DNA of 64,000 nt from an uncultured Planctomycetia bacterium (GTDB taxonomy: Bacteria > Omnitrophota > Gorgyraeia > Tantalellales > Tantalellaceae), in contig CAZGOG010000006.1 of the NCBI GenBank assembly GCA_964527555.1, forward strand, positions 276-64,275, read 5' to 3'. This document shows positions 19,247-28,900 of the stretch, piece by piece. The notes beneath the pieces were generated by a model that worked only from the letters and a program-made list of their open reading frames with translations, did no database searches and was not told where the DNA came from. Position 1 is the first letter of the stretch, and the number at the start of each line of letters is the position of its first letter. The translations under genes were made by a program, and so were the position numbers.

Positions 19247-19292
19247 CCGTTCCTCCTTTCATGATCACCTGCTTTTTTACTGTCCTGCTTAT

Positions 19293-19321
19293 AATGATAC
19301 CATATTAGTATCATTTGTCAA
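19293..19321 (-). promoter_or_regulatory. Sigma70-like promoter (TTGACA-16-TATCAT) overlapped by palindromic operator AATGATAC-N7-GTATCATT
   Basis: Perfect 8-bp inverted repeat at 19293-19315; -35 at 19316-19321. Confidence 0.75.
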
Positions 19322-19424
19322 GGGGATTAACATTTTTTAAATATATCTTAAATATCCCCTTTTATGTTTCTTGCGCTATATTAAGTAGTATACCTAGTAA
19401 TTGTAAATATCAAAACGATAAATT

Positions 19425-19452
19425 AAAAACACCTGCATTTTTTAAATGCAGG
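19425..19452 (-). terminator. Intrinsic terminator after the NrdD-domain microprotein gene
   Basis: Minus strand CCTGCATTT/AAATGCAGG stem followed by TGTTTTT. Confidence 0.65.
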
Positions 19453-19497
19453 CTCTCTTCCCATTGTCTTGCGACAACTTGGAGGTCTTGGGAAGTC

Positions 19498-19671
19498 TTA
19501 ATAAACGTTAGGTACTTTTATACCCTCTTTTGGATTTTCACATCTTTCCTCTGCCTCGTAGTGTCTTCTTTCTTTAAACTCTTCTTGCTTGCCTTTATTC
19601 CATGCCTCGACGGGACGAAAAAAACCCGTAACGCGCGCAAAAACTTCTACGCCACACCTTCTTTTGTCCAT
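19498..19671 (-). CDS. 57-aa stand-alone class III ribonucleotide reductase (NrdD) C-terminal glycyl-radical domain (not in the ORF track)
   Basis: Manual translation MDKRRCGVEVFARVTGFFRPVEAWNKGKQEEFKERRHYEAEERCENPKEGIKVPNVY matches the NrdD signature EVxxRxxG(Y/F)xRPxxxWNxGKxxEFxxR; SD GGAGG. Confidence 0.85.
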   Translation of the reverse strand: MDKRRCGVEVFARVTGFFRPVEAWNKGKQEEFKERRHYEAEERCENPKEGIKVPNVY

Positions 19672-19718
19672 AATAAAGCCTCCCCCCTTCGCTCACAAAA
19701 AACTGTCCTGACAGCTTA

Positions 19719-19748
19719 AAAGATACCATATGGGTATCATTTTGTCAA
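19719..19748 (-). promoter_or_regulatory. Sigma70-like promoter (TTGACA-17-TATCTT) with a second copy of the ATGATAC-N7-GTATCAT operator
   Basis: Plus strand AAAGATAC-CATATGG-GTATCATT at 19719-19741; -35 at 19743-19748. Confidence 0.75.
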
Positions 19749-19751
19749 ATA

Positions 19752-19783
19752 AAAAACGCCTGGCGGTAAAGCCAGGCGTTTTT
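19752..19783. terminator. Bidirectional intrinsic terminator after gdhA
   Basis: AAAAACGCCTGGC-GGTAAA-GCCAGGCGTTTTT. Confidence 0.85.
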
Positions 19784-19799
19784 CGTCTTCTCCGAAAGT

Positions 19800-21194
<1,395 letters not shown>

Positions 21195-21245
21195 CTAGAT
21201 TTTACACAATTTTTCGCCTGATTTGAACATATATTTCTTTCTATA

Positions 21246-21333
21246 AATAAAAAAGGCATTCCGCTTCCTTTTCAGGAAGAAGAACGCCTTTGTTCTTTCC
21301 AGATACTGCTTTTACAACCGGCAGATATTGCCG
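21246..21333 (-). promoter_or_regulatory. ANTAR-type hairpin/terminator attenuator in the gdhA leader (single unit, atypical P1)
   Basis: P2 AGAAC-AAAGGC-GTTCT (loop A1/G4) overlaps the 5' arm of terminator AAAGGCGTTC...GAATGCCTTT plus U-tract; P1 candidate CGGC-AATATCT-GCCG. Confidence 0.65.
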
Positions 21334-21349
21334 TTATCCCCGGCACATA

Positions 21350-21378
21350 ATTATCCAACATCACGCCGGGATAGTCAA
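21350..21378 (-). promoter_or_regulatory. Sigma70-like promoter of gdhA
   Basis: TTGACT-17 nt-GATAAT. Confidence 0.6.
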
Positions 21379-21394
21379 GAAAAAATTAAAACAG

Positions 21395-21793
21395 CTATTT
21401 GGTGAGGTAAGGCATAAGGGCTTTCTGTGTATTTGTACCCGCTATACCGTCGACTTTAAGCCCATTATCGGCCTGAAAATCCCTGATGGCCTGTCTGGAC
21501 AACTGCCCCAGTTTCCCGTCTATCGGCCCCTTATAATATCCGGCGTTACTGAGGGCTAGCTGTATTTCTTGCTTGGTCATGGAGATTTGAGAACCTGTCT
21601 GGGGAGTTATTTCCTCGACTTCAACCGTTGAAGAGTATACAACAGTCTCTTCCATGCGGTTTTCGAGAGATTCTTGTTTTCTCTCGACTACAGTTACGCG
21701 CTTCTCAAGTTTATCCAGCTCCTGCTTCTCAACCGTGGCGCAACCCGTAAACACAAATGACAAACAGATAACTATAAGCAAAATCTTTTTCAT
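21395..21793 (-). CDS. Lipoprotein with coiled coil and C-terminal peptidoglycan-binding domain
   Basis: Lipobox FTGC; IQLALSNAGYY.GPIDG..G..SRQAIRDFQ..NGLKVDGIAG. Confidence 0.88.
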   Translation of the reverse strand: MKKILLIVICLSFVFTGCATVEKQELDKLEKRVTVVERKQESLENRMEETVVYSSTVEVEEITPQTGSQISMTKQEIQLALSNAGYYKGPIDGKLGQLSRQAIRDFQADNGLKVDGIAGTNTQKALMPYLTK

Positions 21794-21935
21794 GTCTCCT
21801 CCTGGCTAGCCGCCACTAAAAAACATCCTTATCGGCAATTTGTATTATATTACGTGATATTGCGCAAGAAGGCAAACGAAAAATAACCTTGAAAGCGGAG
21901 TGGTCCCCTTAATATCTTTCAGTTAAAGTCGTTTT

Positions 21936-24509
21936 TTAGGAAAAGTAGCAAATCATCTTCTGCGAAACCACATCCGATACGATCCTTAAATTCATATCGC
22001 CTACATCGTATATACCTATAATATCTTCGTACTTGGCATAGTCCGGCATTAATTTTGCAAAGAGGTTGTCTAATCTGCGAATACGCTTTTCGTTAAAGAG
22101 AACTTCCTTTTTATCCGGGAAAACAGCCAGGTAGAAAATGTTTGTTTCAACAAGGTCCTGGAAAAAATGTGTACCAAAAGAAAGTTCAGGCATAAGGTTA
22201 CCCCACTGGAAAGCTATCTCTCCAAGCACGGAGATATTGTTTATTTCGGAAAACCTGACCGGCACCCCGAGAGAAGGAGTGGTAGTACCCCACCTGCCGG
22301 GACCCAAAAGAAAAACCGGATATTTCTCTTTACCCTCTATTTGTCTATTGATCTTTCCTATAATGCGCGCTATATCATATTTTTCGGAGATGGATAGCGC
22401 ATGATACCCCGCAGGGTCGACATAAATTATTCTATTAATTATCTGTGAAATATTGCCGCCAAAAAAATATCCTTCTGACTTAATGAATATTTTATCTTCT
22501 CCGACGCCTTCGGGTATTTCAACTTTCTTGCCAAAGCCTATAGTCTGTAAAGGTCTGCATTGCAGAAGATTTATCTTATATGCCCCGTCTTTTGTAAAAT
22601 TGATGGTAAACTCTATGTCTACCGGATACTGATAATTATTTTCAAGTATCTTTAGTATATCCTTCATGGTCCCGGTAAGCGTGCCTTCGGAAAAAAGTTT
22701 ATCGAACGTGAGCACCCATAGTTCAGACTGTTTAGCGTCCCTTTCCTTCATTATGCGCATTGTTTCATAATCACGCACGCCCAGTCTGTCCATCTCTATG
22801 CCGATCTTTTCGTTCAACATCTCCATAAGCGCGACTGTTTTGAATCTGTTTTCTTTTATATCGATAAGATCGACTTCACGCTGAGAATATTTTTTTACGT
22901 CCTCTATTCCCGCATGGGGCCTTAATAGCGGTTTATCTAGAGCCACTGTCCTCGGATAATCCCCTTCTACTCTGTTGACAGATCTCGTCCCGAGTCCCAG
23001 GACTACCCGTAACATTCCCGCTTCCGGATCCATTTTCGGGTTCCACACATAAGTGTTATAAGAGACCCCGACCCCCCCGATATCGGGAAAAAAATAATTT
23101 TTATGATATGCACCTGAAACACGCTGGACCAAAAGCGCCATCTGTTCATCCCTCTGATCAAGCCCCCTTTGCCTCCTGTAAACGAGCGCATCCTCGCTCA
23201 TTGTGCTGGCATACACCTCACGAACAGCGTTTACAAACTCCACATAGCGCTGTTCCGGCGTCCCCTGGTTAGAACAAAAGATGCTTTCGTATTTACCCGC
23301 GAAGGCATTGCCGTATCCGTCTTCAAGGAGGCTGCTTGAGCGGACGATGATGGGAGATTGACCGAAATATTCGATGATCTGCTGGAACTGCTCCATCACC
23401 TCTTCCGGAAAAGTACCGTGAAGCATCTGCTCTTTAAGGACGGCTGCCGCATCGAAATACCCTTCTTTTGTTTTCTGCTGCATGCGCAATTTCCACCAGC
23501 CGTTTTGAACTATATAAGTATAGAAAACATCAGACCCCACATAAAAGGAATCGTGTGCTTCCGAACAATCCTTCCAGTTAATCGAACGGCTATTTGAAAG
23601 GATCTTCCTTGCAAGAAGCATGCCGACAGCTTTCCCGCCGATAAGCCCTGTGCCTATTACTCTCGATTCGATAGCCAGGAGGTCCTCTAAAGTAAAGTTC
23701 TCCTTAGCCAGGGAAAGGATCTTCTTGTCGCGAGACATCATTATGCTCGAGAACCGGTCTACCAGTTTCTGTCTTTCTCCCTTCTTCGTCGATGTTTTTA
23801 TCAAGTCTTCCGCCTCAAGGAAGAGTCTATCCCAGTAATCCAAATGCCTTCTGGTCGTCTCTGCCCCGGCCTTGTTTATGTGAGAAAGGATCCTCGCCGC
23901 ATTCACACTGTCCGTGACGGGAACGAATTTGTCACCGTTTTTTAAGTGCGGTAAAAACATCGTCGGGGAATACCGGTTCCAGACTTTTAAGGGATGTATA
24001 TAATATTCCCCGTCGCAGTTGTAGATATCTATAAGTAGCTGCGTCGTCTCCCTTATACGCGCTATTGTTTTAAATGAATGACTGTTCCTGAAAAGCGCAA
24101 AATAAGCTATGGTCTTAAGCTCATAAAGAAATGGGCAGGTCACCATGAAAAAGTTGCCTATCATAAGATCCGTAGACCATGCCAATAATAGCGCCGACAG
24201 ACAGTCAAATACGTAATATGCTCCTTCCCCTTCATCGGATATTATCTTGTTAACTTCCGTAGTAAAGGATTCGAACCCGCTATGCGCATCCAGATTATAT
24301 GTTTTAACTTTCTCCAGTCCTTCCAGAAGAGGGACATGAGAAGCGAACCTCATGTAAATCACTTTTTTGTTGTCCGCTAACGCTTTTCTGACATACGGAG
24401 TCACAAAATTCCTATAATCGTTGATGTCGTCTATCTGCCAGACAACATTATCACCTGCCCTTAAGCCCGTGATTATCTCATCCAGCCCCTTTAATCCAGT
24501 GCTTACCAT
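21936..24509 (-). CDS. PEP/pyruvate-binding (PPDK_N/ATP-grasp) domain protein with degenerate RecA/KaiC-like N-terminus
   Basis: IGGKAVGM, IVRSSSLLED, AFAGKYES, VDIEF and LLQCRP motifs; N-terminal STGLKGLDEII..LRAGD. Confidence 0.8.
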   Translation of the reverse strand: MVSTGLKGLDEIITGLRAGDNVVWQIDDINDYRNFVTPYVRKALADNKKVIYMRFASHVPLLEGLEKVKTYNLDAHSGFESFTTEVNKIISDEGEGAYYVFDCLSALLLAWSTDLMIGNFFMVTCPFLYELKTIAYFALFRNSHSFKTIARIRETTQLLIDIYNCDGEYYIHPLKVWNRYSPTMFLPHLKNGDKFVPVTDSVNAARILSHINKAGAETTRRHLDYWDRLFLEAEDLIKTSTKKGERQKLVDRFSSIMMSRDKKILSLAKENFTLEDLLAIESRVIGTGLIGGKAVGMLLARKILSNSRSINWKDCSEAHDSFYVGSDVFYTYIVQNGWWKLRMQQKTKEGYFDAAAVLKEQMLHGTFPEEVMEQFQQIIEYFGQSPIIVRSSSLLEDGYGNAFAGKYESIFCSNQGTPEQRYVEFVNAVREVYASTMSEDALVYRRQRGLDQRDEQMALLVQRVSGAYHKNYFFPDIGGVGVSYNTYVWNPKMDPEAGMLRVVLGLGTRSVNRVEGDYPRTVALDKPLLRPHAGIEDVKKYSQREVDLIDIKENRFKTVALMEMLNEKIGIEMDRLGVRDYETMRIMKERDAKQSELWVLTFDKLFSEGTLTGTMKDILKILENNYQYPVDIEFTINFTKDGAYKINLLQCRPLQTIGFGKKVEIPEGVGEDKIFIKSEGYFFGGNISQIINRIIYVDPAGYHALSISEKYDIARIIGKINRQIEGKEKYPVFLLGPGRWGTTTPSLGVPVRFSEINNISVLGEIAFQWGNLMPELSFGTHFFQDLVETNIFYLAVFPDKKEVLFNEKRIRRLDNLFAKLMPDYAKYEDIIGIYDVGDMNLRIVSDVVSQKMICYFS

Positions 24510-24534
24510 GACAGCTGTCTCCTTCGATTATGAT

Positions 24535-25980
24535 TTACATCTGAGGCAGATTGCTCCGGCCCATCAGGAACTTATCGATATAATGCGCCGCTCGCCTGCC
24601 TTCTGAAACCGCCCAGACGATAAGCGATTGCCCTCTACGCGCGTCCCCTGCGGCGAATACTTTTTTGACTGAAGTCATAAAATCCGCATCCGTTTTAACG
24701 TTGAGGCGCTCATCATATTCAACGCCCAGTTCTTTGAGTAAACCTTTACTCTCCGGGCGGATAAACCCTACAGCAATTATAACAAGATCCGCTTCTATCT
24801 CAAATTCGCTTCCCGCCGCTTCCATCATGACGGGGCAGGTACTTTTGTCTTTTTTTGTAAACTCAACTCTTGCGCATCTAAGTTTGCTGACTCTGCCGCT
24901 TTCTCCCAAGAACTTCTTTGTCAGGACCGCCCAGTGCCTTTCGCCGCCCTCTTCATGGCTTGAAGTGGTTTTTAGTACGAGCGGATAAAGCGGCCACGGG
25001 TAATCTTCGCTCCGGCACTCATCCGGCTTAGGCATGATTTCTATCTGGACGACACAAGAGGCTCCCTGCCTATTTGCCGTGCCGACACAGTCTGCACCCG
25101 TATCCCCTCCGCCTATCACAACGACTTTCTTCCCCCTGGCATCGATAAGGGACTGCTGAGGGATATTCTCGCCCGCTACAAGCCTGTTAGACTGTACAAG
25201 ATAGTCCATCGCAAAATGAATACCCGCAAGATCCCGGCCTTCTATTTCAAGATCACGCGGGAGGCGGCAGCCGCCTGCCAGGCACACCGCGTCCTGAGCG
25301 CTCAAAAGTTCACTCGCCGGCAATGTCGCTCCCACATCCACACCGGTCATAAATCTAATGCCTTCCTCTTTCATAAGTTTAAGACGTCTATCTATGATCC
25401 ATTTTTCCAGTTTAAAGTCCGGTATCCCATAACGGAGTATGCCACCCGCTTTATCATCTTTCTCGTACACCATGACTTCATGGCCGGCGCGGTTAAGCTG
25501 CATGGCACAGGCCAGCCCCGCGGGCCCTGATCCGATCACGGCGACCTTTTTACCCGTCCGCACTTCTGGCACTCTGGGCACGATAAGACCTTCTTTAAAC
25601 GCACGCTCGATTATGATCAGTTCGTTTTCACGTATAGTCACGGGATCGTCGTTTATACCAAGAACACACGCGTATTCGCACGTTGCGGGACAGACACGGC
25701 CTGTTATCTCCGGCAGATTATTCGTCGCTTCGAGAAGTTCAAACGCACGCCGCCAATCGCCGGCTGCCGCCAGGTCATTCCATTCGGGGATATAGTTCCC
25801 GACCGGGCAGGCCCAGTGACAGAAAGGCGTACCGCAGTCCATGCAGCGGGAGGCCTGCTCCTGTGATTTTTCGTCCGTGCGCATAAGACTGACTTCTTTA
25901 TAATCTTTCACGCGTTCACAGACAGCTCTATACGGAGAAACTTCCCGTCTTGCTTTTAAAAATCCTTTCGGATCACCCAT
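24535..25980 (-). CDS. gltD: Glutamate synthase small subunit
   Basis: RCMDCGTPFCH..CP, GRVCPA.CE..C, GSGPAG, GGGDTGADC and GDARRGQSL motifs. Confidence 0.96.
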   Translation of the reverse strand: MGDPKGFLKARREVSPYRAVCERVKDYKEVSLMRTDEKSQEQASRCMDCGTPFCHWACPVGNYIPEWNDLAAAGDWRRAFELLEATNNLPEITGRVCPATCEYACVLGINDDPVTIRENELIIIERAFKEGLIVPRVPEVRTGKKVAVIGSGPAGLACAMQLNRAGHEVMVYEKDDKAGGILRYGIPDFKLEKWIIDRRLKLMKEEGIRFMTGVDVGATLPASELLSAQDAVCLAGGCRLPRDLEIEGRDLAGIHFAMDYLVQSNRLVAGENIPQQSLIDARGKKVVVIGGGDTGADCVGTANRQGASCVVQIEIMPKPDECRSEDYPWPLYPLVLKTTSSHEEGGERHWAVLTKKFLGESGRVSKLRCARVEFTKKDKSTCPVMMEAAGSEFEIEADLVIIAVGFIRPESKGLLKELGVEYDERLNVKTDADFMTSVKKVFAAGDARRGQSLIVWAVSEGRRAAHYIDKFLMGRSNLPQM

Positions 25981-28900
25981 CAGACACCTCCAAAAGACCT
26001 AAACGCGCCTCTACCTGCTTGCCCGCCAAGACTTGTTTATACTCAATCGGCATAACCTTGACGAACTTTTCAAGTTCATTTGTGAAATCATCAAGCAGTT
26101 TCCCGGCAAGGGAACTGGCGGTATATCTGAAATGGTTATGCACAAGATTATAGATGCTGATCTTGTCTTCTTCATCGCATTTTTCCAGATGGACCATTTT
26201 CATGTTGCACCGGTCCTTAAAGCTATTATCTTCATCGTAAACATACGCTATCCCGCCTGACATGCCGGCAGCAAAATTCTTACCGGTCCTTCCCAGTATG
26301 ACTACCTTTCCTCCCGTCATATATTCACACCCGTGATCACCCACGCCTTCGGCCACCGCAAAAAGTCCGGAATTTCTTATGCAGAACCTCTCCCCGGCTA
26401 CACCCCTTATATAAGCTTCACCGGAAGTTGCGCCGTAAAAAGTCGTGTTGCCGATAATCACGTTCTCCTCGGGCTTGTAATCACTTTTTTTATCGGGATA
26501 AATAATAACTTTTCCGCCTGAGATGCTTTTGCCTACGTAATCATTCGCCATCCCTTCAAGTTCAAAAGTCACGCCTTTTGCAAGGAAGGCTCCAAAACTC
26601 TGTCCGGCGGTACCGGTAAACTTGCAGTGAATCGTATTTTCAAGCAAGCCCTTCTCGCCGTGCTTTCTGCAAACCTCACCGCTCAACATCGCACCGCATG
26701 TCCTGTTATTGTTTCTTATGGGAAACTCAAGTTTTACGGGTTCAGCTTTTTCCAGGGCGTTTTTTGCTTTGCGGATGATGTCCCGATCGAGCACCTCATC
26801 GATCCCGTGGTTCTGCTCAACCAAACACCTCGTGCCGACTTTTCCAGAAACCTCGGGTTTATACAGTATCCGCGAAAGGTCTATTCCTTTGGCTTTTTCA
26901 GGGAATATACCTTTATTGGCTTCCAAAAGATCAGTCCTTCCCACCATCTCGTCAATGCTTCTCAGGCCCAGACTGGCCATAATCTCGCGCAACTCTTCCG
27001 AAATAAAACGCATGTAACTTACGATATATTCCGGACGCCCCTGAAACCTCTTCACGAGCATCTCATCCTGCGTAGCGACTCCCACCGAGCAATTATTGAG
27101 GTGACAGTGCCGGAGCATAACGCAGCCCAGCACCACTAAAACGGAAGTGCAGAACCCAAACTCTTCCGCGCCTAAAATGGCCGCTATCGCAACGTCCCTG
27201 CCGGTCCGCATCTGACCGTCGGTCTGAAGGCGGACCCTGCTCCTGAGCCGGTTAAGGACCAAAGTCTGGTGCGTCTCGGAAAGCCCAAGTTCCCAGGGAA
27301 GACCCGCGTACATTATGGAGCTTCTCGGGGAAGCCCCGGTCCCGCCGTCTCCGCCGGATATAAGTATCATATCCGCGTGCCCTTTGGCCACCCCTGCCGC
27401 TACCGTACCGACACCTATCTCGGAAACGAGTTTTACACTTACCCGGGCACGGGGATTTGCATTTTTGAGATCAAAAATAAGCTGCGCAAGGTCCTCGATA
27501 GAATAAATGTCATGATGCGGCGGCGGTGAAATAAGTGTGACTCCCGGCGACGTATAACGTGTCCGGGCTATAATAGCGCTTACTTTGTAGCCGGGCAACT
27601 GCCCCCCTTCACCCGGTTTTGCTCCCTGAGCGATCTTTATCTGCAACTCATCAGCGTTTACCAGATAATTGATAGTCACGCCGAACCTGCCTGAAGCGAC
27701 CTGTTTTACGGCGCTACGCGTCGAATCGCCGTTCGGCAGGGAAACAAAACGCGAAGGGTCTTCCCCGCCTTCACCGGTGTTTGATTTCCCGCCGAGACGG
27801 TTCATAGCTATGGCTATGGCTTCATGCGCACCCTTGCTTATCGAACCGAAACTCATGGCACCGGTCACGAAACGAGTGACTATTTTTTCAACCGGTTCCA
27901 CTTCGCTTACAGGGATGGGTGCGGTTTTTTTAAATTTAAAAAGGCTTCGTATAGTGGTCGGACTGGCGGACTGATCGTTAATAAGCTCTGCAAACCTCTT
28001 ATATATCGAGTAGTCTTCTTTCCTGGCAGAATCCTGGAGAGCGGCAATGCTCTCAGGCTGCCACAGGTGAAATTCCCCGTCTCTTTTCCACTGGTAAACT
28101 CCTCCGGAGACGAGCTTTGCAGCGCCTGTTTCCCTTTCGGGAAAGGCCTCTCTGTGCCTAGCAAGCGTCTCCTCCGCTATGCTTTCCAGCGTGAGGCCGC
28201 CCACCCTGGATACGGTGCCGCCAAAATGATTGCTGGCAACATCATCCGCAAGTCCCAACGCTTCGAAGATCTGCGCGCCGCGGTAACTGCGAAGCGTCGA
28301 TATCCCCATTTTTGAAAGTATCTTCAAGATCCCCTTGTTTATGGCTTTTCTGTAATTTTCAAGCGCCTTCCCCATATCCTTGGGCCCCTCCCCCTCTTTA
28401 ATAAGGTGTTCTATGGCCTCGTAAGCCAGATAGGGATTAACACAAGCGGCTCCGTATCCCAGAAGCAGAGCAAAATGCTGCACCTCTCGGGGTTCGGCGC
28501 TTTCAACGATAAGCCCCACTTCGGAACGTATAGTCTTCCTGACAAGATGCTGGTGTACCGCGCTCACAGCTAAAAGCGCAGGTAGCGCTGCATTATTTTT
28601 GTCTACACCGCGATCACTTAATATAACAAACGAATAACCCTGCTCTATCGCATATTCGGTCTCAAAACATATTCTTTCCAGAGCATGAATAAAATTTTCT
28701 ATTTTTGACGCGTCAAAAATAGTTAAAACCGTCTTCGTCTTAAAACTGTTCACCCTGATATTACGTATCTTCTCAAGCTCTTCGTCGGTGATGACGGGCT
28801 TTTTTATCCCAAGCTTGTGGCAGTGTTCGGGAGTCTCTTCGAGAACATTTTTCTCCGGCCCCACAAAACTTTCCAGGCTCATCACCAGCTCTTCCCGTAT

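Noticed and set aside
19498-19671. GrcA/YfiD (PFL spare part) identity for the microprotein
   Set aside because: The sequence after the Gly (FFRPVEAWNKGKQEEF) is the NrdD signature, not the PFL/GrcA pattern RVSGYAVxF.
19315-19719. 134-aa plus-strand ORF (and 19131-19340 on the plus strand)
   Set aside because: These are antisense shadows of the minus-strand small genes, promoters and terminators, with no SD or recognisable motif.
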